The notes under the pieces: generated by a model
What the model was told of the DNA's origin: nothing
The model's input: the letters and a program-made list of their open reading frames with translations, nothing else
Databases searched by the model: none
Translations under genes and position numbers: made by a program
Origin: Flectonema sp. DT1601
Lineage: Eukaryota
DNA: 64,000 nt
Assembly: GCA_964019425.1 (NCBI GenBank)
Contig: OZ025806.1
Span: forward strand, 620,001-684,000
Reading direction: 5' to 3'
Shown: piece by piece, positions 56,801-64,000 of the stretch
Position numbering within the stretch: the stretch's first letter is position 1
How the letters are laid out: each line of letters opens with the position of its first letter

Positions 56801-57479
56801 CTCTCTTGATCTATTTAATTCGATACGTGAATGGGGATTGACGAAATCACTTTCACCGACTTCAGACCTGATGATAAAAACCACAATTGGTATTGCTACT
56901 GCTCATCAGGGATTACATAACTTTGATGATTGTGATAAAGAACTACGTCAGTCTCGACAACAACTTTTAAATGATACGAATTCTTCTCAAATATTAGTAG
57001 TGAAGGTGGTGATGACACAAATAAGTTTATTAAAGTTAAAGAATGACAGTGAAGGACTGTGTCTTACGATTATCGAGGTAGTTTCGTTATGTTTAAAATT
57101 AATGGAATCTGAATCACTGGACGAGTTATCAGAAGCGATTGATACGACCATTGCTGCTCTAACTGAATATGGACACCTCTATGTGAGTAGTGGAATCCCT
57201 TCATCTCGTGGTGTTGTTAAGTTAGATGAATTGCTTCAAACTGTTGTTTCTTTTGTTCCGGAACTCGTTCCTCTCTTGAAAAGTCAACCTTCACTGTGTG
57301 ATCAGAATTCATTGGTTGCTGTAGATCAGGTTGATTTCAATGATGTTCTAAATTCTGATGTTCACGTTCATCGTAAGAGAGTAGCTCTCTCACTTTTAAT
57401 CAAACAACTAAAACATGAAAACGACTTTCCTCAAATTGAAAAATTAATAGAACGCTCACTCGCAATGAAACTTTTATAA
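50826..57479 (+). CDS. 2217-aa multidomain protein: LRR, TIR-like, dynein-stalk-like, 2x cNMP-binding-like, CLU domain, TPR-like
   Basis: LSLKGCDI/LDISSN LRRs. VSFCGSD..ILVIASQAW..CQCEL. LYIIITG/IRLLVSGTV. CLU motifs AGG.RY, VPLCCLITCRGYRV, GPADMEIRRGFDGRLYV, LRPE. Confidence 0.8.
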   Translation: MIKRIRNRAREKKEISDSDEEEFVSLSEVKNQMNKSDIGSVRSGTSGTRTVKTTTSVYDDSDDSLDVNEPLDKIYQDGCIRDGKPINTTLLKLLKQLTNQLEVNKRTGGSLNLENTYIGHNNIMRAISVLGIANCPIHTLSLKGCDIHSTVIPELVQVLSLSKSKLTSLDISSNRRLSYMAGRELYRLVRLKQTLIHINVDDTSIHPSLCNRIKNQIDRNKSHTSVGTSILLDSIKYHISRSFLSVHYPPVLVSFCGSDSDYVSKLCSSLSVIDPRLNGAFSLFYQLKTSPDYHLFIKTCFVEADYILVIASQAWTEDHQCQCELKWFHGRTTLVVLPELTDLNISSVGEDPYSDIQSDVVNQNTSSTIAIKTALSVCREKMNSIRDVSVAYVPQAENITIRGLCCVSTEESFSDNVRLPNCLNHVDVCNRFFIPLKDVVNCSKIIQTDSVGPKSIIKLATALATELSSSQSFTLPPKGETAALSKWSKLFVLVTQSLSPDNVTHVSLYPRLVKRMQQHRSDNTCTPFYPKIRIKSAIEDVIVSAIEAFGGGRKGAVTTGQSSSKKPTANVRVRDQKESKNVLSPPNQVKDKRSSQVNNIHFDVDKEGRLFYHRSWRNRICAATEDPTPLYHRDNLFISNPQRVCLRQSLVDEELRVSRERAALQKESRSLRISQRSLASKVRLINRIENRAELDKSNAVEPLQLLIPHMDCSMIREVRLMKEPRLTDSVRMCAKAVLILIGDDLIDEEGGGGVETLDYWWRILQKSFAMESQILYRMTSLIPQRVRRRQWNKIRDFLTNRSYKSDSASIPHCEWSQEALIGVRPRGAIALLARWVHCTYYQYCVSKRLEGDVYTFIDECHEDYKNLSLLVTDQEQRVSLLQTGVEYLQQHASEIIQSYSSFDPTDHNNISSIKSNFDLIDIPIDNTPLTAVRRDCLRILLSCPLLRGLPTAVVEFLARTGQVLGVEKKSLLPQLIDDSEGCLYIIITGRFQVVHDIALYPTSASVGFREISQPQPQQDLSTRKLKSNTRASFASSSHDPNDRTFRKYSRTVSSKRSTTSLGTDCSETDSGHASLLYTGHWFNELSFIKSNITSDDGTPSPIDEHSEPRAVSMGSHRGKPSTVFKIVTSQWSDNDSNLIKKLVEKNRSLLITKSNKIMYWQHASFLNSIGLEVLSAVASASIEEISQPNVEILSPGQPSDGIRLLVSGTVLINGEIFSYGFFPQPEHVITSAIVIHKVVSGNDGCTVLKISKQQLLDLSSTFSTLRSRFNCVLEPLLDTVERIPGHIKNICFDFNEQFQCLIGENPSSQEHANRRLKSLISLRDQFLAIAKPLADILISEIHKPMTEKLLPPIDAAMNSTAAGGQRYVVNKIFFELANNKGNIYGNKSNACKALKKEFRAWEAILSVSKKGICVPLCCLITCRGYRVKVMPILPVGDKSTIVHGGSSGIGPRSQIGKNLKESPEVTSILRSICAELNIKGHRMPGSNRLHYGPADMEIRRGFDGRLYVLRPGRLFPCQKINIKTHSQGDWLVQQLRPEAVKQFKHSLSSDALTKWGLSDIDNSHVSEACHQLYISVIPKLSRELTALFDNTPVPTFEGMLSQPNLTKPFEMLCERAHSFGVNIRLLAAIIALLPEDAVFACRILHMELIARTFRSNLWSSLRSLPKLSSEKCESEVVKYLGELCGNGPTSAAYWRDTLYQKCKVKFAFASLESYFSNLPTMDIRMEGVGRIEYLGFTSSLSAIKRDPDLHMMMLARICQLCGIKISQSDISNHYDKLLSEVDTDNCYRPKRQSRQLSIASSHSSGSRRGKASIGKSDQNSKFGVYFLDGFDSIIHVIALPQPDLITMYRTRGRLDLAVESINNQINQLEESSTENNRISIIKLSSTLSELYQEWGRDTEEGECLIKALTLCVDDLTFDDSTNQVLHSLDEALLLMKVAVFEMKHSKLGISLYRLRSAQRILSLLEFDLNSSIVQQCVLVIGQVEDLQLNHSVSLDLFNSIREWGLTKSLSPTSDLMIKTTIGIATAHQGLHNFDDCDKELRQSRQQLLNDTNSSQILVVKVVMTQISLLKLKNDSEGLCLTIIEVVSLCLKLMESESLDELSEAIDTTIAALTEYGHLYVSSGIPSSRGVVKLDELLQTVVSFVPELVPLLKSQPSLCDQNSLVAVDQVDFNDVLNSDVHVHRKRVALSLLIKQLKHENDFPQIEKLIERSLAMKLL

Positions 57480-57767
57480 ACTGTTTTTGATATTTCTGTT
57501 TTTTTCTCTCTTTACCTTCTTCCTTTAAGTTTTTGCCGTTCGCTTTAGTTTAACGCTACGCGAAATATTATTATTGTTAGTCGTTTATGGTTTTCTTTTT
57601 TATTATTATTATCATTTGAATATCTTGCGTCAGAGTAGATAACAATTCAAATGAAATGTACGGCAAACTTATATTACCTTTTGGGTGGAGTCTGTGGTTG
57701 GTTTCCCTTAACAATTTTCTCAAAATAGGAAAATACGAAAAAAAAAAATTTTTTTTTTAACAACCAA

Positions 57768-59204
57768 ATGTCGTACAAAGACAAAGTTGCTTCAATCGAA
57801 GAAGACATCAACAGCACGTGGGATGCGAGTTGCACACCTTCAATGATTGAGTATTTAAAGATTCCAAATCAGTCTCCCAACTACGACTCAGAAGAGAGAA
57901 CAAATGGTCTCACTGAGAAGGCATTTCAAGTTCTAATTGATTGGGCTAAGGGTTCAGGTGTTGTTGGAATGAAGATGGAGTACATGCAAGAAAAGGGAAG
58001 AACTCCTTTCTTACTAATTGACATCGCAGCTACCGATACCAACTCAAAAGGAAACACTCTACTAATGTACGGACACATGGATAAACAACCTCCAATGGAG
58101 CCTTGGTTAGAAGGTCTTGGACCATACTCTCCAGTGATTAAGGATGACAAGTTATATGGAAGAGGTGGGGCAGACGACGGATATGCGATTTTCGGAGCAG
58201 TTCTCGCAGTACGCGCTCTTCAAAAGGCTGGTATCCCTCACGGACATATCTGTGTCATGATTGAAGCATGTGAAGAATCTGGATCATTTGACTTGGACTT
58301 CTACATCGAGAAAGTAAAGAAGACACTTGGGGATGTCGATCTCGTAATTTGCTTAGACAGCGGCACCCTAGACTATGACACAATGTGGTGTACAACTTCA
58401 CTTCGAGGTGTAGTAGGAGGAAAGTTAACAGTGTCCCTCTTAAAGGAAAGTATGCACTCAGGATTAGGAAGTGGTATCGCTCCAGATGCCTTTCGAGTTC
58501 TCAGAATGGTTTTAAATAAAATTGAAGACGTCAATACCGGAGAAGTCACTTGTCCAGAACTATGTTGCGAACTTCCAGAAGACGTAAAGGGCAGCTTCGA
58601 CTACCTAGACGGCCTTCCTACTAAGTTAGTATCACCAACTGTCCCATTTCATGATTCTGTGGACCTCAATTTAAAAGAATCTGAACTCGCCTTACTAAAC
58701 ACATGGAAGCCAACCATCACAGTGACTGGTCAAGATGGATTGTTTCCTTGTAATAAAGCTGGTAATGTTCTTTATGATAGTTTGAGTGTTATGTTATCAG
58801 TTAGACTACCACCAACTGTTGATCCTGATACTGCAAGTGCTGGTCTTAAAAAAGCATTGATAGACAGTCCACCGTACGGAGCGAAGGTTAAGTTCGAACC
58901 TGAGTTCGGAGGTCCGGGTTGGAAAGCACCAGCATTACAACCTTGGTGTGCTGATGTGTTGGAAAATGCATCGGTTGTTGGGTTTAAGAAACCTCTCGCT
59001 CGTATGGCTCTTGGTGGATCTATCCCATTTATGGGAATGCTTGGGGCGATGTTTCCATCTGCTCAGTTCTGTATCACTGGCATTCTGGGACCTCAGAGCA
59101 ATGCTCATGGTCCAAATGAGTTCCTTCACATCTCTTACACAAAGAAATTAATTCTTTCCTTAACTAGCATCATTGCTGACCACCACACTGTTGACAGACG
59201 GTAG
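57768..59204 (+). CDS. Peptidase M20 family (ArgE/DapE/CNDP-like)
   Basis: YGHMDKQP, GRGGADDG, EACEESGS, CLDSG, HSG, GGSIP, AHGPNE. Confidence 0.95.
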   Translation: MSYKDKVASIEEDINSTWDASCTPSMIEYLKIPNQSPNYDSEERTNGLTEKAFQVLIDWAKGSGVVGMKMEYMQEKGRTPFLLIDIAATDTNSKGNTLLMYGHMDKQPPMEPWLEGLGPYSPVIKDDKLYGRGGADDGYAIFGAVLAVRALQKAGIPHGHICVMIEACEESGSFDLDFYIEKVKKTLGDVDLVICLDSGTLDYDTMWCTTSLRGVVGGKLTVSLLKESMHSGLGSGIAPDAFRVLRMVLNKIEDVNTGEVTCPELCCELPEDVKGSFDYLDGLPTKLVSPTVPFHDSVDLNLKESELALLNTWKPTITVTGQDGLFPCNKAGNVLYDSLSVMLSVRLPPTVDPDTASAGLKKALIDSPPYGAKVKFEPEFGGPGWKAPALQPWCADVLENASVVGFKKPLARMALGGSIPFMGMLGAMFPSAQFCITGILGPQSNAHGPNEFLHISYTKKLILSLTSIIADHHTVDRR

Positions 59205-59559
59205 TAGTTTCTTAAGAAGTCAATACATTCTGTCGAGGAAAAAAAAAAAGAAGAAAAAAAAAAAAGAGGAAAAAAAAATTCTGATTTTAGTTTATTCAGT
59301 TGCTGTTCTTGCTGCTGAAGAAAGTACTTAGTAACTTCAGGCGTACGATATATTGTTTTATTTAGCCACTCCAAATAGTGACTTGCCGTGTGCTGTGAAA
59401 AGCTCCGATTGTGGGGGATTTAAAAAAAAAGGTCTATTGACCGCGACGTGACGGTACACTCGTGAAGGTATTTAGCAACTCTGAAAATCTATTTAATTAT
59501 TTGTAGTTTTTTTTTGGTTACTTTTTTTTTATCGTTTTTCTTTTCACAGTTCAGCTGAG

Positions 59560-60921
59560 ATGTCGTCTCCCGCAGCAGCATGGAAGCGATTTTGTAAATT
59601 AGTAGCCTCAGATATCCCTGAATCGGAACTTGCGATGATGCCTTTGGAAGACTTACAGGCCGTCATGAATGCTTTCAATCTATCATCACCAGTGGAGATG
59701 GCAAGAATAGAAGTTCAGTGGAAAGTTCTTCAAAAACAAAACTTATATACGGCACCGGCAGTTAGACGAGAGATATACGATCGGGTTTTAACAGATAATA
59801 TCGCTCAGTCAATAACTGATTGTCAAGAAGCTCTTTATGTTGATGAGCACTTAAGGCAAACTACGCACATCTTATCACCTCCTAGACCAGATCATTGTGC
59901 TGTTTTTAGTTATGGATTTAGAGACATTGAACTGATTGAAAATAACATGTCGCCGCCTCCAACTGTGTCGAGGGTTGAATTTAATCAAAATGTTCCGATT
60001 TTCTCACCTGATAGAAAGCGATCTGCGTCGGTTGGGAGGAAATCAAAATCGATGATTGAAAAAAAACCATTACACGACTCAGACTTTGAAATACCAATAC
60101 CGCAGTTGGAAAAGTGTTTACAAAAAAAAAAACTTCTTGGATCTGTTGAACAAGGACATTCAGATCCAAATTACTGCGTCAAACTTCAACATAATTCACA
60201 AAAGGAAACAGGAAAAGGATGCTTTTCACCAGTAAAGTGTTGGGGAGAGACATCACACTCTACTGAATTATCGGAAATAAAATTATGTTTAAAAAAGATA
60301 CCAGACCCTAAAACAAGAAGAGGTAATCCAAGCGAAATGGCGACGGATGCGATTGGTATTCCAAATCTAAACAAACATCCTGTGACTGGGAATCCTAATG
60401 CGACGAAATCAAAGCAAGGAGAGCCTTTACCTAAAGCACAGAAGAAAACTTTTTGTGAAAAGAATCTTCCCCTTCAAGGAAAGAATGATCAGTACGTTCG
60501 AACTGGCAAAGTTGTCTCAGATGACCTCCCTCGCCCCAACATTACAATTCCTCATAAAGTTCCACTTCAGGCTGCTGGTGTAGTTGGACAAGGTGATCCA
60601 AACATACTGGGACATAATATAAAGGATTCGACTACTGGGAGGAAATTAAATTTATCTCATCAGGATAACACTCAAACACCTCCTTGGTTTGGAGTAGGTC
60701 CAAAGCCACCAGTACCAAACCCACGTGGAAAACCAGAAGAAGGAATAATGCCGTGGGATAATAACACTATCCCAATGAGAACGAATAAAGCTCATTTAAA
60801 AGGTAGACCTGATGCTTCAATTGTTGAAACTAATCCACCTGCTCCTTCACAAAGAAGACGTGCAGTCACTCGTAATGATTCAGGAGTCATGCCTGGTGCT
60901 ACAGGATGGGCTCTTGGGTGA
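59560..60921 (+). CDS. Hypothetical protein
   Basis: 453-codon ATG ORF after a polypyrimidine tract and AG. Confidence 0.75.
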   Translation: MSSPAAAWKRFCKLVASDIPESELAMMPLEDLQAVMNAFNLSSPVEMARIEVQWKVLQKQNLYTAPAVRREIYDRVLTDNIAQSITDCQEALYVDEHLRQTTHILSPPRPDHCAVFSYGFRDIELIENNMSPPPTVSRVEFNQNVPIFSPDRKRSASVGRKSKSMIEKKPLHDSDFEIPIPQLEKCLQKKKLLGSVEQGHSDPNYCVKLQHNSQKETGKGCFSPVKCWGETSHSTELSEIKLCLKKIPDPKTRRGNPSEMATDAIGIPNLNKHPVTGNPNATKSKQGEPLPKAQKKTFCEKNLPLQGKNDQYVRTGKVVSDDLPRPNITIPHKVPLQAAGVVGQGDPNILGHNIKDSTTGRKLNLSHQDNTQTPPWFGVGPKPPVPNPRGKPEEGIMPWDNNTIPMRTNKAHLKGRPDASIVETNPPAPSQRRRAVTRNDSGVMPGATGWALG

Positions 60922-61719
60922 GTTGTGTAACATCACAGGGATAATTTCGGGTTAAGGTAAATATTTTTCCCTTACTTGGGGTTTCCTTTGTCAAGCAAAT
61001 CTTGTGAAGAAAATCCTCTCGGGAATTATTCTCATTTCCAGTACCTTCATAACCATCCAGCGTGTTTGTTGTGTAGGATGTATTTTTTTTGTACGTTTTC
61101 CTTTGTAGACTTATTATTGTGCATTTTGTTTACCCTGTACACGGATGTGAAAGTTCTTGTTCTTCATCTCGTGGGAAAAAATAGATTTTTTCCTACTTTT
61201 GTTTTAGTTTCCTTGTAGTAGTAGATGCTGAATAAATATTTGTTATAAATAGTTCCTTTTCATGCCTTCATTCGGTTGGATCAACTGCGGTGGTCTCGTC
61301 TACTTCAGGTTGAAATATTCTCTACTGAAATGTTGTAGCATCTTTTTTTGTACTTTTTTTTTCTATGTAAAGAACGTTTTTTTCTCTCTTCGGAACACAG
61401 TTTCAGCAACATCAAGTCAATACCTTGTCATATATAGTTTATTTGGCAAAAAAAAACAAAACAAAAATTTCCTTTTCTTTTTCTGCTTTTCTTTGTATTG
61501 TATCCTTTTTACTAATGAATGAATGTGATGACGGAGAAACTGAGTTCAAAGCTAATTATATATTTCTTTTAAAAATTCCTACAGCATAATAATCTTGATA
61601 TGAGAAAAAACTGCATGCGACTTGCGAAAAAGTTTCTTAAAAGGGGTTTTCTGATTTCTGACAGCACACTTCAAAATCAATTTTTTTTTTATAAAAAGAG
61701 AATCACAAAAAAGAAAAAA

Positions 61720-62304
61720 ATGGTTTCTGGGATAAAGATTGCTGTTTTTATTGGACTGGTTGTTGGGGGGACATGTCTGGGAGTTGGTATCTGGCAAAAG
61801 GTCTACTCCGATGACATGAGAGATCACAGCACGAAAGAAGTCTGTCAAGTAATTAGTTACCAGAGTCATTTTTGTACGTACAAATGCGACTGTTCTGAAG
61901 ACAAGAATGGAAACAAACATTGCCATACCTGTTCTGGTACTTCATATCATTATAATTATAACGTCACATCAACTGATCGTTGTTTTGGAATTCAATACCC
62001 CAGATCGCAATCATGTTCTGATCATAATGGTCCTCGTTGGCATATGTATTCTTATACCACATGTTACGTTTGGGATAATTGCTCAAAGGTTGATTTTTAT
62101 TCACCAACATATCATCTGGTGTTGGCAATCGTGTTAATGTCTATTGGAGGATGTAGTTGTCTGTTTCCATGTTGTCTTTTTATTGTTTATGAGGGTGTTT
62201 GTATCGGTAATTGTATTCGGGGAATACGAAACATGTCTTTTGGGATGTCAGGATATTCAACTGTGAATGCTACTCACTCAGAGAAGTTTAATTCGTATGA
62301 TTGA
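61720..62304 (+). CDS. Two-TM membrane protein with a Cys/His-rich loop
   Basis: Hydrophobic segments IAVFIGLVVGGTCLGVGIW and LVLAIVLMSIGGCSCLFPCCLFIV flank a Cys-rich region. Confidence 0.75.
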   Translation: MVSGIKIAVFIGLVVGGTCLGVGIWQKVYSDDMRDHSTKEVCQVISYQSHFCTYKCDCSEDKNGNKHCHTCSGTSYHYNYNVTSTDRCFGIQYPRSQSCSDHNGPRWHMYSYTTCYVWDNCSKVDFYSPTYHLVLAIVLMSIGGCSCLFPCCLFIVYEGVCIGNCIRGIRNMSFGMSGYSTVNATHSEKFNSYD

Positions 62305-62785
62305 AATATACGAAATTAAACTTTTTTTTTTTTTTTTGTTTTTAAAATCTTTGGTGACTTAGCTGTCACGACTGAGACTCTTCGTTTGTTAAATGATTGT
62401 GGAGTATCTTTAACCGACCAAAAGGGATAACGAAATTCGAGTTGTATGTTTACTGTTTTTTTCTCTCTTCTCTCTTCTTTTTTTTTTTTTTTTGTCGGTT
62501 TAGTTCCCTGATTGATGCTTAGCTGTGTTTTATTATTTCTTTTTTTTTTTTGCACAGCTAACGCCAACCGGAATTCGTGCTAACTAAAAAAAAAAAAGAA
62601 AAAAAAAAAAAAACTTATAATTCTAACTATCGAGTATTTTTCTTCGTGACGTAGTTTGTCATATTTCCTTTTCTGCTTCGGTAGTCAATAGACATGTTGA
62701 GCTTCAGCCATGTGTACTTAATAATACTTAAAGTTCGTTACTGATTTTACATTGTCAAAAAGGTTTCAAAAAAAATAAAAAAAAT

Positions 62786-64000
62786 ATGAATTTCCTAAAA
62801 AACAAGGAATGTACAACGAGAATAGCAACCGGACTATTCAAAAGTGGAATGGAAAATTCAAAGAAAGAAGAGTTGACAGGGAAGAAGAGAAAAGAACGAA
62901 TTGAAAGAATTAAAAAAGAAGTTCTTAAGAGATGGGGTGAGAAAGCGTTGATCCTTTCATTCGCTTCTGTATTTAGTGAAGGTGAAATATTTACTGTATT
63001 AGAATACAGCGTCAATACACATTTTGAAGATATACCAACTCTACTACAAATCTGTAAACTAATGATAACTTGGAGAGAAGCAGAAGAAGATAATGTAGTT
63101 CTGATTCACGGAGCACCATCGGAATACGTCTCTATGTTGACAGCTTGTTATTTAAGTTTTGTGTGTTGTCAGGAAACAAGTCCTAATGAAGTATTTAAAA
63201 TGTATCACAAGTCATCAATGAATTTCAGAACAGCACCGTCTGTTCTTCGATTCACAAACTGGTTTAGTAAATTAGTGAAAGCAACTCGAAGCTTTGAACC
63301 TCCTCCGAGAAGAATAGGAATCCGTTTGGTTTCTATAAAGCTGTCGGGTGAAATCGACTCAGACCTTCGTGACTACTCAATGATGCTTCATGTTTCTCAA
63401 GGGGCTTCAATTGTACAAACCATTTCTGGTGAGCGCTCTGCAGATTCCAAAAGCGTTGTTTTTCATTCAAATCCGTCTCAAGGAGGATTCATCGCCGATC
63501 TTGTTGGAGATTTCACCCTAACTTGCTTTTACGTTCTCAGATCGTCAACACCTCACGCGTTCCGTATTGCGTACAATAGTTACTTTGTAAAACAATCAAA
63601 GATAGAGTTTTCTGGTAATGAACTTGATTATGTGTGTTGTAAAAAGACTGCATCTGATGTTACTGTGGATGTCAATGTTCAACTACCGACCCAAAGCCAC
63701 TACTCAGGTAAGGAACAGCGTTATTGCTTGCTTCCAGAAAACTTGAAAAAGAAAGAAGAAGAATACATTGCGATGGTAGGCAACACGGTAAATCAATGTG
63801 CTAATAACATAAAGGGTAATATGGCTGGATGGTATCCGGAACTTAAACAGAAAAGTAAGAGTCGCAGTAGAACAGTTGGAGCTCGTCGATCCAACCGTCA
63901 GGCTCGTACGAGATCAGCGGGAGCTCCTTTGGTAGCGTCGACTGAGTTCTCATTTGCGAAGAGAATATCTCCTCCCAGATCACCAACTGCCAGACCACAG
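62786..64000 (+). CDS. PTEN/tensin-like pseudophosphatase plus C2 domain protein (partial, runs off the right edge)
   Basis: Manual translation gives ICKLMITW..DNVVLIHG (no CX5R)..TACYL..PSVLRFTNWF..LVGDFTLTC..FRIAYNSYFV..ELD. Confidence 0.75.
   Translation, partial: MNFLKNKECTTRIATGLFKSGMENSKKEELTGKKRKERIERIKKEVLKRWGEKALILSFASVFSEGEIFTVLEYSVNTHFEDIPTLLQICKLMITWREAEEDNVVLIHGAPSEYVSMLTACYLSFVCCQETSPNEVFKMYHKSSMNFRTAPSVLRFTNWFSKLVKATRSFEPPPRRIGIRLVSIKLSGEIDSDLRDYSMMLHVSQGASIVQTISGERSADSKSVVFHSNPSQGGFIADLVGDFTLTCFYVLRSSTPHAFRIAYNSYFVKQSKIEFSGNELDYVCCKKTASDVTVDVNVQLPTQSHYSGKEQRYCLLPENLKKKEEEYIAMVGNTVNQCANNIKGNMAGWYPELKQKSKSRSRTVGARRSNRQARTRSAGAPLVASTEFSFAKRISPPRSPTARPQ

Overview
Eukaryotic genomic DNA with short GT-AG introns and many poly(A)/poly(T) tracts. 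A euglenozoan, probably diplonemid-like, host is inferred but not proven, from the single-strand gene cluster, a TATE/VIPER-like tyrosine-recombinase fragment and a CxHNxWDNVR zinc-ribbon protein. The first ~25.3 kb is a nest of mobile elements. (i) A minus-strand RLE-type (NeSL/HERO-like) non-LTR retrotransposon (2 Zn fingers-RT-CCHC-RLE) has an unusually long C-terminal extension; it is interrupted by a TA-flanked MITE and, apparently, by a 4.1-kb satellite-bearing insertion. (ii) Three copies of an element end consist of a poly(A)-punctuated ~140/~105-bp hairpin satellite plus a ~400-bp module ending precisely in ...TTATCGAAATTC. (iii) There is a TATE/DIRS-like YR fragment and (iv) a Mutator-type MITE with a 9-bp TSD. 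(v) A 5'-truncated CRE-like retrotransposon ORF continues past its RLE endonuclease into 100-aa P/T repeats, an intact-looking USP deubiquitinase, two RNase H1 hybrid-binding domains, a degenerate RNase H fold and a Zn finger; this is the most striking feature. (vi) There is also a TG..CA TIR element with a 5-bp TSD and a decayed hAT-like transposase, and (vii) an HNH pseudogene. From 26 kb onward all ~16 host genes are on the + strand. They include dynein light chain LC8, Ubl-AlkB, SURF6, an LRR-TIR-cNMP-CLU-TPR giant protein, an M20 peptidase and a PTEN-like protein, with an 8.4-kb non-coding gap at 37.4-45.8 kb. All domain calls are motif recognition by eye, not database searches.
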